A stretch of DNA of 63,803 bases, filler included, from Octopus bimaculoides (taxonomy: Eukaryota), in the NCBI RefSeq assembly GCF_001194135.2. It is 5 parts of 5 records of this genome, joined end to end, with 100 filler letters (N's around TTAATTAATTAA, not from the genome) between each part and the next. Parts side by side here need not be neighbours in the genome. Positions count along the whole stretch, not along the records: positions 5,239 to 35,299 come from NC_068995.1; 4 more parts are not named here. The stretch is one strand, 5' to 3'. Within the stretch, counting starts at the first letter, position 1. Each line of letters starts with the position of its first letter. The notes beneath the pieces were generated by a model that was given only the letters and a program-made list of their open reading frames with translations, was not told where the DNA came from and searched no databases. Shown piece after piece: positions 12,122 through 24,265 of this stretch. The position numbers and the translations under genes were made by a program.

Positions 12122-12591
12122 GGGGAAAGTAAGAAGAAAAATAAGCGAAAATGCACATTGGGAATCAAAAAAAGTAAACGCTTTTTATGAAACGTAACGC
12201 TAGATATATACAATTAGATGAACTGGGGTAGGAATAAAAGTAATAAAAGTCATTATTGTGAATTGTTAAAGAGATTCAAAAGCATACCGGTTTCGTAAAA
12301 TTACTAATCATTGCTTTGAATGCACACCGATTACTGAACGGTGTCAGGTCTACTAGTCCCTGAGTAAAAAGATTATGTGTATGGGAGGTAAGTAGTTCTG
12401 GATTTGGTGCAGTTAGGTTAGATATAGATCTGAAAAATAAATGGTGTATGGGGTGTGTGGGGGTTAGTGGTATTAATTGAAAGGTTAGTAGTGTTATAAT
12501 TGTATATATCTATCGTTACTCTTCATAAAAAGCCTTTACTTTTTTGGATTTTCAATGTGCATTTTCGCTTATATTTCTTCTTACTTTCCCC
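12122..12591. mobile_element. MITE with 95-bp TIRs (PIF/Harbinger- or Zator-like)
   Basis: Arms 12122-12216 and 12497-12591 are inverted with 8 mismatches. Termini GGGG/CCCC, right flank TTA, left flank 'a' next to a gap, compatible with a TWA target duplication. Confidence 0.8.
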
Positions 12592-12599
12592 TTACATTT

Positions 12600-13865
12600 C
12601 CACGTGTAGTTTCTATTTTCATTTTGTAACATATTTCTGAGTAAAAAGTAAACAACATTTTGAAATATGGAATTTATCACATTATATTTCAACAATGCGG
12701 AAATTTTAGTTATCAGAGTAAGAAAGTACCATTACAATCAACCCATTTTTGTCAACGAGTTACAAGTTTGTTTATTCCGGTAACATAACGATCTGGAGCT
12801 GATGAACTCTTCGAATGGACTTTCAACATCAGTTTGATTTTTGAACTCTTCTCGTAGGAAACCGTCAATGTGCTTCAAAAAGTTGGTAGTCGGTAGGAGA
12901 AAGGTCTGGGAAATAAACTGGGTGAGGAAGAACTTCGTAGCCAAGTTCTCTCAACTTCTGGAGTGTCATGAGTGAGACGTGTGGTCGAGCATTGTCATGA
13001 AGAATGATTGGTCCTCTTCTGTTGACCAGTCTGGAACGGAGGAGTAGCAGTTCTTCTTTCATTTTGGCAATTTCCTGGCAAATTGTTTCTGCAGTAATGT
13101 TTTTTCCGGGTTTTAAGAAGTTATAGTGGGATTAGTCGAGTAGTACGCCACCAAACAGTCACCATAGCCCTCTTTTTGAAGAGCTCGGGTTTAGGGAAGG
13201 TTTTCAGTGCTTCATTTTGATCCAACCACTGCGAAAAACGTTTTTTATTATTATACAGAATCCATTTTTCATCGCAAGTTACAATACTGTCGAGAAATGG
13301 ATCGTTCTGGTTACGGAGAAGAGCGACGAGCAAATTTCATAGCTGCGCATTTTCTGATTTTCATTGAAATTGTGTGGTACACATTTGTCGAGCTTTTTTG
13401 ATTTTCTGATCGCGTGCAAATGGTCGCAGGCAGTTCTCAGGTTAAACTGAAGTTTTTTTGTCACTTCTCAAGTGGTTTTACTTGGATCTTTCTCAATGAC
13501 GGTCTTTAATTGACCGTCATCGATGACAGATGGGCGTCCACTACGCTCACAATCTTCAAGACTCAGGTCTCTACTGTGAAATTGTTTAAGCCATTTTCGA
13601 GCTGACCACTCACTGGTCATTTCCTCACCAAACGTTTCGTTGATATCAAGAGTAGTTTCAGCTGTTTACGTCCTTTTTTGAAGTTGAATAGCAAACTTGC
13701 TTGAATATCATGATTTGACAGTTCCATTTCAGATGATTGTAATAATGGTGGAAAAAATATCAATGTTAATTTATTGATGCATTTGGGAAAGTCTATATCT
13801 GTATTACCAGACAATCGCAAAAAATGTTTTAAAAATTCAAAACTGCAAAACTCCTGTACAAATTC
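12600..13865 (-). mobile_element. Decayed mariner (DD34D) transposon
   Basis: Frameshifted pieces contain mariner motifs: IVTCDEKWILY, MVTVWW, ILHDNARPH, HPVYFPDLSPTDY. Degenerate inverted ends near 12600-12645 and 13825-13865. Confidence 0.9.
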
Positions 13866-14384
13866 TTCATGATTTAAAACGTCGCTTACCTTTTACTCAA
13901 CTTGATATTGTGTGTGTGTGTGTGTGTGTGTGTNNNNNNNNNNNNNNNNNNNNNNNNNNNNNNNNNNNNNNNNNNNNNNNNNNNNNNNNNNNNNNNNNNN
14001 NNNNNNNNNNNNNNNNNNNNNNNNNNNNNNNNNNNNNNNNNNNNNNNNNNNNNNNNNNNNNNNNNNNNNNNNNNNNNNNNNNNNNNNNNNNNNNNNNNNN
14101 NNNNNNNNNNNNNNNNNNNNNNNNNNNNNNNNNNNNNNNNNNNNNNNNNNNNNNNNNNNNNNNNNNNNNNNNNNNNNNNNNNNNNNNNNNNNNNNNNNNN
14201 NNNNNNNNNNNNNNNNNNNNNNNNNNNNNNNNNNNNNNNNNNNNNNNNNNNNNNNNNNNNNNNNNNNNNNNNNNNNNNNNNNNNNNNNNNNNNNNNNNNN
14301 NNNNNNNNNNNNNNNNNNNNNNNNNNNNNNNNNNNNNNNNNNNNNNNNNNNNNNNNNNNNNNNNNNNNNNNNNNNATATATATA

Positions 14385-14700
14385 TATATAAATCCAAAAA
14401 ATGGAACAAGAACGCAACAGACGACAATAAAACATCCGGACAGATAGACGATGCGAAGACGGACAGGAAAAACAATAAAAAGACGGACAGGAAAAGACGA
14501 GGATGGATCATTCGCAGCCTCCTCTCATCAGTCAAGTGTGCAAATTATCCTTACAGTTTCGGGCAGTTACACTTGAGACTGTTCAGATCTGACCGCCCCC
14601 AAAACATCTAAGCTTTTGGGGGAAAACCAAGCGAATGTGTACAACAAAGACAAAAAACGGAGACAATTAAAAATACAAACAAGAAAATAACAACAGGTGT
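14385..14700 (-). repeat. Interspersed repeat, copy 1 of a local direct pair
   Basis: tataaatccaaaaaatggaacaagaacgcaacagacgacaataaaacatccgg... recurs at 15165-15300 (about 80% identity by eye). Confidence 0.6.
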
Positions 14701-15164
14701 CTTTCGACTAATAAAGACGAATCAAATTGAGCTGGCGTGTGTAGAGTGAAAGCATTGAGGAAGGAACATAGGAGATGAATATAAGAGATGAAAGTCATGA
14801 GACAGGAGTATAAGAAATGCTTCGTGGCCGGCAGTCGAGCCAAGAATGAAAGATCATGCCTGGCCGAACACTGGTCATGTGGAAGGAAAAGAGAGAGGTA
14901 GGGGACAGAGGGATTGAAGGATTATGGGAAGAACGAGAAAGAAAGGAAATCAAACTAACATAGAGAAAGGTACAAGGGAGATAAACGAGGAGGAAAAGCA
15001 GAAATTAAAGAAAGAGAAAGCCAAGAAATGTGAGAGAGGGGCAGCGAGAAAAAGAAGAGGAAAGAAAGAAGAAAGTATGGGGGTGGCTAAAACAAAAAGT
15101 TTAAAAATCGTACAAACTTTAGACACATACTTACAAGTTTAACAGAAATGTACGTACGCCATTC

Positions 15165-15300
15165 TATGTATATATAAATCCTAAAAATGGAACAAAAACG
15201 CAACTGACAACAATAAAACATCCGGGAGAGATAGACGATGCAAAAACGGACAGGAAAAGCAAAAAAACGATGGGCAGGAAAGAGCAAGGGCGGATTTATA
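15165..15300 (-). repeat. Interspersed repeat, copy 2 of a local direct pair
   Basis: Direct similarity to 14385-14520. Confidence 0.6.
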
Positions 15301-15764
15301 TGTATGTATGTATGTATGNNNNNNNNNNNNNNNNNNNNNNNNNNNNNNNNNNNNNNNNNNNNNNNNNNNNNNNNNNNNNNNNNNNNNNNNNNNNNNNNNN
15401 NNNNNNNNNNNNNNNNNNNNNNNNNNNNNNNNNNNNNNNNNNNNNNNNNNNNNNNNNNNNNNNNNNNNNNNNNNNNNNNNNNNNNNNNNNNNNNNNNNNN
15501 NNNNNNNNNNNNNNNNNNNNNNNNNNNNNNNNNNNNNNNNNNNNNNNNNNNNNNTACATACATACATACATACATACATACATACATACATACATACGGC
15601 TGCACGCGCACACAGACATATACACACACATACACACCATACATATACGCACACAAATATACATACATACATGCATACATACATACATACATACATACAT
15701 GCATGCATGCATGCATACATACATACATATATCGAATGCCAGGTATTGGTTAAATATAACCATA

Positions 15765-15978
15765 CAGTCCACTCAGCTGGAAAAAATGAGTAGTAGTACC
15801 AGTAGTTCAAAGGACCAGCCTTGTCACAATCTGTCACGCTGAATCTCCCTGGGAACTACATTATGGGTACACGTGTTTGTGGAGTTCTCAGTCACTTGTA
15901 CGTTAATTTCACGAGCAATCTGTTCCGTTGATCGCATCAACTGGAACCCTCGTTGTCGTAACTGACGGAGTTCCACTT
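15765..15978 (+). mobile_element. SINE family D central/3' portion
   Basis: cagccttgtcaca..tgtcacgctgaat..ctac.tta.gggtacac..gatc..atcaactggaaccctcg, shared with 45475-45855. Confidence 0.8.
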
Positions 15979-16083
15979 ATACGCACGCACACACACTTAC
16001 ACACACACAGACACGCACACGCACACATACACGCATACACACACACACACACACATATATACATATGTGTGTGTGTCTATGCA

Positions 16084-16398
16084 CAGGGTGCGATGAGTAA
16101 GCTGTCGCCATCTTATATTTTTAATTTCGCGCACGCGCATTGTTTGTTTTATATTTTGTCTACTACACATCACCTCTACCACATCACCTCTACCATATGG
16201 CCACCTAACTCTCCAGACTGCACCCCCCACCTCACTGATTATTAAGTGTGGGGCGCAGTTGAGTGAGAGACCAACAAAATTCCTTTTAACACCAAAGAGG
16301 AACTGAAGGCAAGGATTATGTCAGCATTCAGCAACTTAAACAAGGAGACGGTCCAAATAGTTGCAGGAGATTCCGAAGTGGTTTGAAGGCTGTGGTTG
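16084..16398 (+). mobile_element. Non-autonomous maT/DD37D-like Tc1/mariner derivative
   Basis: Begins CAGGGTG. Carries IWPPNSPDC...DY*VWGAVE*ETNKIPFNTKEELKARIMSAFSNLNKETV, a decayed transposase C-terminus. Confidence 0.7.
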
Positions 16399-16639
16399 TA
16401 TGTATGTATGTATGTATGTATGTATGTATGTATGTATGTATGTATGCATGTATGTATGTATGCATGTATGTATGTATGTATGTATGTATGTATGCATGTA
16501 TGTATGTATGCATGGATGTATGTACGCATGTATGTATTATGTATGATGTATGTATGTATGCATGTATGTATGTATGCATGGATGTATGTATGTATGCATG
16601 TATGTATGTATGATGTATGTATGTATGCATGGATGTATG

Positions 16640-16975
16640 TATGTACCTTTGAACCTCTCCTCCTTGGTTTAGAGGAGATTTGTGAGGCAGTTTTTGCTCA
16701 ATACGATTGTTGTATGTTATTATTGAAATTATGTTTAATTGCGATCTCGAAGTGGTTTCGGATAGTCGGGGATTTGATTGCAATGTCGTGGGAGCCAAAT
16801 CATGTCTGTGTATTGCGGTTTATTTCGATAAAATTACTGAACAGTTTGCATGTCTCTTTTTCGTTCAATGAGAAAAGCGACTTTAGTAGTTGTTTATATC
16901 GACAGTCATTTGTTGACGTTTTAGACGTCGGGAATGGAAAAGTGAGCCTAGTCTTTTAGATACAACATTAGCATT
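16640..16975 (-). pseudogene. Degenerate ORF remnant, possibly a retroelement N-terminal region
   Basis: One frame gives FPFPTSKTSTNDCRYKQLLKSLFSLNEKETCKLFSNFIE with only two stops over about 100 codons. Family assignment is uncertain. Confidence 0.3.
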
Positions 16976-17406
16976 GCTGAGTAGGTAAAGTCACAGTGAA
17001 AGATTAAGGGAATAGAATGGCTTTAGCCCATTCAATGCATTTATTTTGATTCTGAGCGTTGTGTAGGTAAACTCCAATATACATTGTCTCTCTCTATTAT
17101 ATAACTCTCATGTAGAAGGAGATAACGTTAATATTTCCCATTTGTATGAGCTTTTCAAAATTTCAGTTACTGGGAGCAGTGCATATCTATGTTGGGTGAG
17201 GATGGAGCCTATATATTCAAGGTTAAAATACCTGTGTTGTAGTTAGAAACATTGACATAGTAGTGTGTGTTTTTAGAAATACCAACATAACCGTGTGATA
17301 CTTAACAATAAGTGCATTATTATGATTCGAAATAGCGGCATATAAATGCAGCCATTTCATCATGTTGAACAGTTATTCTCAACTCTCTGCTTTTTTTCCT
17401 CTCAAT

Positions 17407-17444
17407 CCTTTCTGTCGAAGAGCGCTGGCTCGAAACGTCAAAAA
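17407..17444 (+). ncRNA. Minimal type I hammerhead-ribozyme-like motif (A6 variant)
   Basis: UUU-CUGUCGA-A-GAGC(GCUG)GCUC-GAAAC-GUC-AAA: stem II perfect, GUC triplet, short stem I, non-canonical core position 6. Confidence 0.5.
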
Positions 17445-19613
17445 CTTTTCCATTCTTGCCGAGCATCAAATTTATACACCTGCTTGTTGTTCCTTCACCT
17501 GTCTTCGTCTTTTGCTTTCTGTAAATTTGAACATTATTTGTGTGTGTATGTACATATATGTGTGTGTGAGTGTGTGTGTAAATCTATGTATCTGTTATAT
17601 GCAAGAGAAGGAGTATCAGATTAAAATAGCCACACATGTATTATACTTAAAGTAAATACATAATTGCTGCGGTATTTGTCTAGATATAACATTCCTTGCG
17701 CCCATCGTGTATTTAAAATCAAAAAATATATCGGAAAGAAACGAAAATCATCCCAGTAGCGGCTAGCGAGAACGCCAGCTGCATTTCTGCCTCCGATGAT
17801 ACGTAGATGGCCATTTTAATCTAATTCTGATTCTGCAGCATGTAACGGATTTCTTAATATCTGTATAGGAGGAGGATGTCTTTAGAACTACCATCAATGG
17901 GCTGTTGGGTGATTATAAGTAACTGCATGGGTGGGGTCGCATTTTGTCCAAAATGATATAATAGAAGTTTGATGTATTTATAATAACAGCATATAAAGCT
18001 TAGTATTGTTAAAAATAAGGTAGTAGCATAAAAGTGTGTTGTGGTTTAAAATAACAACGTGGTGTTGTTGGGAATAACAGCATAGGAATAACAGCATGTT
18101 GCAGTTAGAAACAACATGTATGTTATAAAGTAACAAAGTAATGGCCTGACAGCGTGCTTTGTGTTTATAACAGAAGACGTTTGCGTAGTTAAAAATAAAA
18201 TGCTAGTATGGTTAGAAAGAACGTTATAGAAGTGCGCTGTGGTTGGAAATAACAGCATAATAATGTGTGAGTATTGAAGTAAAAGCAAGTAGATTATTCA
18301 TGTACGATGCTAAAGACGTTCTTTTGCTTTTGATTTTTCTAGGCTTTTTAGTTGTTTCTTTTCTATTCCTTTTCCGTTTACTTGTCATTACAATTACTAA
18401 CTATTTCTATTTGCGATTTTTTACTTGTTCGCTGTACTGTTGTTATTTTTCATTACTAACCCTGCCTTTTATTGTTCATGTTACTGTTTTTTGATTTCCC
18501 TTTCTTTTCATTGTTTGTCATTAATGTTGCTACTCATGTTGAACTTATTTCAGTTATTTCTCATGGTTTATTGCTACTGCTACAACTATTGCTTCTATTG
18601 ACAATTGATGTCGTACCCACATTTGATTTTCTCTTTCTATCCCTTATTGTTGTTGCTATTTCAACGTTGTCTCGTGTTTGTGATGCTATTGATGATGCTT
18701 TTGATTGAGTTGATGTTGTTATATTATTAAGGATAACAGTCTTACTTCCTTGCATATTTATGACATGTCCTCATGAACTGTTTAATAATACCATCGGCTT
18801 AAACTATTGCCAACAAAAACAAAACATAAAAGATAAGTTCCCTATAATCTACAGCTTAGTTGAAGACATTTTTAGCCTAATTCGTCAAGCCTTAGTATAA
18901 ATCTTCCTCGTAATACTATATTCAGACGAAAATAACTGCGTATTTCGGATCATAAATCCTTGCATTTTATATGTATATATATATATATATATATATNNNN
19001 NNNNNNNNNNNNNNNNNNNNNNNNNNNNNNNNNNNNNNNNNNNNNNNNNNNNNNNNNNNNNNNNNNNNNNNNNNNNNNNNNNNNNNNNNNNNNNNNNNNN
19101 NNNNNNNNNNNNNNNNNNNNNNNNNNNNNNNNNNNNNNNNNNNNNNNNNNNNNNNNNNNNNNNNNNNNNNNNNNNNNNNNNNNNNNNNNNNNNNNNNNNN
19201 NNNNNNNNNNNNNNNNNNNNNNNNNNNNNNNNNNNNNNNNNNNNNNNNNNNNNNNNNNNNNNNNNNNNNNNNNNNNNNNNNNNNNNNNNNNNNNNNNNNN
19301 NNNNNNNNNNNNNNNNNNNNNNNNNNNNNNNNNNNNNNNATATATATATATATATATATATACATATGTGTATATAAATATATATACATGTATGAATACA
19401 CACACACACATATATAGATATATATATATATATGATAGATGTATGTGCGCGCGTCCGAAGGCAAATATGAACGAAAGTGCCATTTGTGTGTATAACATAC
19501 ACGTGCATGCGTATGTAAATGTGTGTGTGTGTGTGTTTGTGTGCGTGCGTATATGTAGAGCAGATAGATAGACAGACAGATGCATAGATATGTATGTACA
19601 TATATGTATTTAT

Positions 19614-19616
<3 letters not shown>

Positions 19617-19682
<66 letters not shown>
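19617..19682. repeat. (TAG)n microsatellite within a low-complexity block
   Basis: Directly visible. Confidence 0.95.
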
Positions 19683-19683
<1 letters not shown>

Positions 19684-20362
19684 CAGCGGCGGCGGCGGCA
19701 GCGGCGACGGCGGCCCTGCTGTTGCTTCTACTGGTGATGGTGGTGGTTATAGTAGTATTAGGAGGAGGCGATGAAAGTAGGAGAGGGAGGAGAGGGAGGT
19801 GAGGGAAGGAATGAGATGGAAGAGGGGAGAGGACATGGAGTAAGAGGATGAGAATTTTGTGGCTGTGACAGTGGTGAAAAGAAGTTTCCTTGGTTTTACA
19901 TTTATGTCTGCAGTTTGTTATTGCAGCGGTGTCTTCGTTACTTTCCTCCTCATTTTCCTCCACTTCCTTCTCTCCTTCCTCCACATCATCATCATTATCA
20001 ATAACATTATTACCATTATTTTCTGTGTCATCTTTATCAACATCATCATCATTAGCATTACCATCACCATTGTCATCAACATCTCCATATTTTTGTTGCC
20101 CAGTTGCACATCCTTGTACTTGCGTATTCACTTATCTTTCGAACAAGTTAGATATCTCTTCGTTGATAGATTCTGTTTGTCTTTGCTCAACTGTAACAGC
20201 GACAGTGCTGCTTGTATTTATGAGACCATCAGCGAACATGGTAGATAAACCATGTTGACTGATTCATTTTCGTATATGTATGTCTCTTTCCTAGCACATT
20301 TGACCAACATTATATCAGTTTCCACATTCTGTCGTTAACAAATCAGTGTTAATAGCAGCATT

Positions 20363-20562
20363 AAGGTGGCGAGCTGGCAGAATCGTTAGCACAGCGAGTA
20401 TAATACTCAGCAGCATTTTGTCTGTCTCTTCTGGTTGCAAATGCCGCCGGTATCAACTTCGCCTTTCATCATTTCGGGGTCGATAAAATAAGAACCAGTT
20501 GAGCAGTTGACTTAGCCTCTCCCCGGATATTGCTGATCTTGTGCCAAAATTTGAAACCAATA
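20363..20562 (+). mobile_element. SINE family A (left member of an inverted pair)
   Basis: Head aaggtggcgagctggcagaatcgttagc. Confidence 0.85.
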
Positions 20563-20782
20563 TTAATCCTTTTTACTATCGGCATAAGGCCTGAGATTTT
20601 GGGAGAGAGGATAAGTCTATTACATCGACCCCAGTACTCAAGTGGTATTTATTGCATCGACCCCCAAAAGGATGAAAAACAAAGTCAACTTCGGCGGAAT
20701 TTGAACTCAGAACGTAAAGACGGACGAAATGCCGCTAAGCATTTTGTCCGGCATGTTAATGATTCTGCCAGCTCACCGCCTT
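20563..20782 (-). mobile_element. SINE family A (right member of an inverted pair)
   Basis: Ends gattctgccagctcaccgcctt, the reverse complement of the head. Confidence 0.9.
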
Positions 20783-21298
20783 AGAAATCACTATTAATAA
20801 CAGCATCTAAGTTAAAAGAAATTTAACGCATCGGACTAAATGACACATGTCAGCTAAAGACTGTCGCATACAAATAACATCTTGATCTACCATACAGATG
20901 ATTGTAGCCGGAAATATTATGCATAACGGGAGTTACTAATGATTACATAACTGCATAATAAGTAATTCTCTCTTACACACTGTACATCGTTATGTATATA
21001 TTAGTGTTTGGCAGTGGTGTAATGTTACATGTTACAGGGATTATCAGTGTTACACCCTTATACACAACAGAGTGTATCAGCCGTACAATTAATATACTAT
21101 AGTCCACCTATAGACTGATTTTTACATGCAGCAGATATGATAGCTAAACATTATTACATACAACAGTAGAAGTGATTCATAAAGTTATATACTAGCGACA
21201 TACATGGCTGGGCTAATTTTGTATATATGAGTCCTCTGTCGTCCAGGATTTACTTTGTGACTGCACCTGGAAACTTCTTCACCTTGATGAGGACCTGT

Positions 21299-21447
21299 TC
21301 AAGGCGGTTTGTGTGTATGTGTGTGTGCGTGTGTAAAACTCGGTGCTATCTGTGCAGCATCCTCCCTCTCCACACCGTCGCTGTTGTCCAAAGAAAGATA
21401 ACAGGCAATACTGTTTTGCACCAATGTCGCTGCAGCGAACTCAGGGT
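21299..21447 (-). CDS. Candidate terminal exon of an unidentified gene
   Basis: Acceptor gtttttcag|AC. The phase-1 frame reads DPEFAAATLVQNSIACYLSLDNSDGVEREDAAQIAPSFTHAHTHTHKPP*. It is a unique GC-richer island followed by UTR-like unique DNA. Strand and frame are ambiguous. Confidence 0.3.
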
Positions 21448-23096
21448 CTGAAAAACTGGAACAAATATTCCTATTTGTTCAATATCTAACAATGAACTGG
21501 TTCTTTATATCCTCAACTCGGAAGATTAAAAGGCAAAGCTGATTTTTGTGCGATTCGAACTCAATCTGTAAAGAAACAGAATAAATATAGGCATTTTTTC
21601 TAATACCCACCAAAACGTCGCAATTGCATCCAACAGATTAGTAGGAGTGACACCAAGTCAATGATGTTCTATTGTATATAACGGGATGTTTTAGTGACGT
21701 CGAGTTAAATACGACTAGACACTTTGCCTAAGTCTCCATATCCGATTAAAAAGTGATTATAAAAAAATACATGTATCCATATAGCCCTTGGGGATACACA
21801 AATGTGTCGCAATTAATCTACATGCATAGGTTTTTCTTATCAATATCATCATTACAAAACTCTAAGAACCTCTCTCCATCGCATGAATCTCCCCAGAAAC
21901 GATCCAAGGCCTATCACTACACCACATAAAAAGCAGTGTAGTACACAACACACACCTCTAACCTATAGTACACATTCATTATAGAAGATTGCGCCTTAAC
22001 AATACACCCACTGTCACTACTAAACATAATACCCACCATTACACACTAAAAACCCACCAGTCCACGACACATTATCCGCAACCAATATATCACATAACAC
22101 TATAGAAGACAAGTATTGTTCTGCCTAACAAGTAAAAAAAAAAAATGTCTTTGTGTTACATAAAGATTTCTTCAAGTGAGAAAGAATGCACCAAAGAAAA
22201 TAAACACAACACGAAATAACATGGCAAGAGGAGCAAGAGGGAAAACAAATCGTGAATGAATCTATACAACAAACAGGAGGGTTAGGAATGAAGCTGACAT
22301 TGTCAATGATAGAAGTTGATAAAGTGTCGGGGTGGGAGTAATTTGTGAAGGATTATTTAGTTAGATAGATAAACGAAGAAAATGTATATGTATGGGTAGG
22401 TATTTGAACGTATTCGCTTCTCTGTGTATAAAATTATTTGCTAAGTAGGCATACAATACAAGTGCATACACATATGCCTACATAGTACATATATGTTAGA
22501 TATACGTAGCTATGCTTACAGATATATTTATACATTCATATATACCAGCACGTGTATATATACATACATACATGTGTGTGTGCATGGATGAATGAATGAA
22601 TGGATTGTTGGATATATGAATGTATGTATGTATGTATGTATGTATACAAGAATGTATGTTTGCACATATATGTGTAAGTGTGTAATAGATATATGTGCAT
22701 ACATATACATGCGTGCGTGTGCATATATATATATGTGTGTGTGTGTGTGTGTATGTGTGTGTGTGTATGTATGTATGTATGTATGTATGTATGTATGTAT
22801 GTGCATGTAAATAAATATATAAATAGGTTGGTAAGCATGTAGCTAGGTAGGGACGTACGTACGTATGTTCGTACGGGTGGACAGGGGGGTGTAGGTATGC
22901 ATGCCTGTGTGTTTACCAAAATCATCTCATCAGTATAAAGTAAAGAATAGTGAGATATACGAATGAATTAAAGAACAAACGAGAAACAGAAGAAACGAAG
23001 GTGTTAGGAACATCCAAGATATGATAGTCAGACATGAGAAAATAACAATCCACAGTGAAGTTAAAGAATGAGTAAAAGGATAGATAGAGAGGTTGG

Positions 23097-23128
<32 letters not shown>

Positions 23129-23129
23129 C

Positions 23130-23200
<71 letters not shown>

Positions 23201-23463
23201 AGCGAAATCAAGAAAAGAAACAACGGTTAAGATAATCGCTCGTTTGGCTAGTCCACTTGTTGTTTGGCTGGCTGGCTGGCTGGCTAGTTGGGTGGTGGAC
23301 GAGAATAGGTGGGGGGGAATAAAATGAATAAACAAATGCCATAACATATTATGCATGTATGTATATATATATATATATGTGTGTGTGTGTATGTATGTGT
23401 GTGTGTGTGTATATGTATATATGTATATATATCTATTTCTGTCAGGGTATATGTGTATATATA

Positions 23464-23513
<50 letters not shown>

Positions 23514-23555
23514 CATATATTTATATATATATGCATATCTGTGTATGCATATATA

Positions 23556-23586
<31 letters not shown>

Positions 23587-23705
23587 ATGTATGTATGTAT
23601 GTATGTATGCATGCGTATATAAGACAAAGATTTTGTCCAGAGAAGGCAGTTAACTATTGATCTGCGTGACACCTATCTACTTGATATGTGCTTTCTGTAT
23701 TGTGT

Positions 23706-23718
23706 TGCCCCCTAGCGG
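23706..23718 (-). promoter_or_regulatory. CTCF-like binding motif
   Basis: Minus strand CCGCTAGGGGGCA matches the CTCF core CCNCNAGRKGGCR and lies in unique sequence. Confidence 0.4.
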
Positions 23719-24033
23719 CAGAAAAGCAAGGCTAGCGATCCATCACATCCAGTAGACACTCTTCGTTGGTTGTGCGCTGTGCTATTCTGACAATAATCAA
23801 ATAGCGAATCATTGCCAATTCCTACTGTGTGCGTGTGATATGGGGGGGGGGGGATATTTCTGTCAGAGTATAAGGAAGTATATTGCTTATTTTTTATTTA
23901 TATATAGAGAGAGAGAGAGGGAGAGGAAGAGAGAGAGGGAGAGAAAGAGAGAGAGATGTATGTGTACGTATAAATATGCGAAACGTATGTGTAAACGCGC
24001 ATAGGCATAATCGTATATATATATATATGTGTG

Positions 24034-24082
<49 letters not shown>

Positions 24083-24177
24083 GTGTGTACAAACCCTAAA
24101 TACAGACACACACATGCACACATACATGTATATGGATAAGTATACAAAAGCTCGTATGTCTATATGCGAGTTTGTGC

Positions 24178-24265
<88 letters not shown>

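Noticed and set aside
14500-14580. CUGAUGA on the minus strand as a hammerhead
   Set aside because: No GAAA follows a closable stem II.
19690-20110. Acidic or Ser-rich ORFs of 120-170 aa
   Set aside because: Derived from degenerate trinucleotide repeats.
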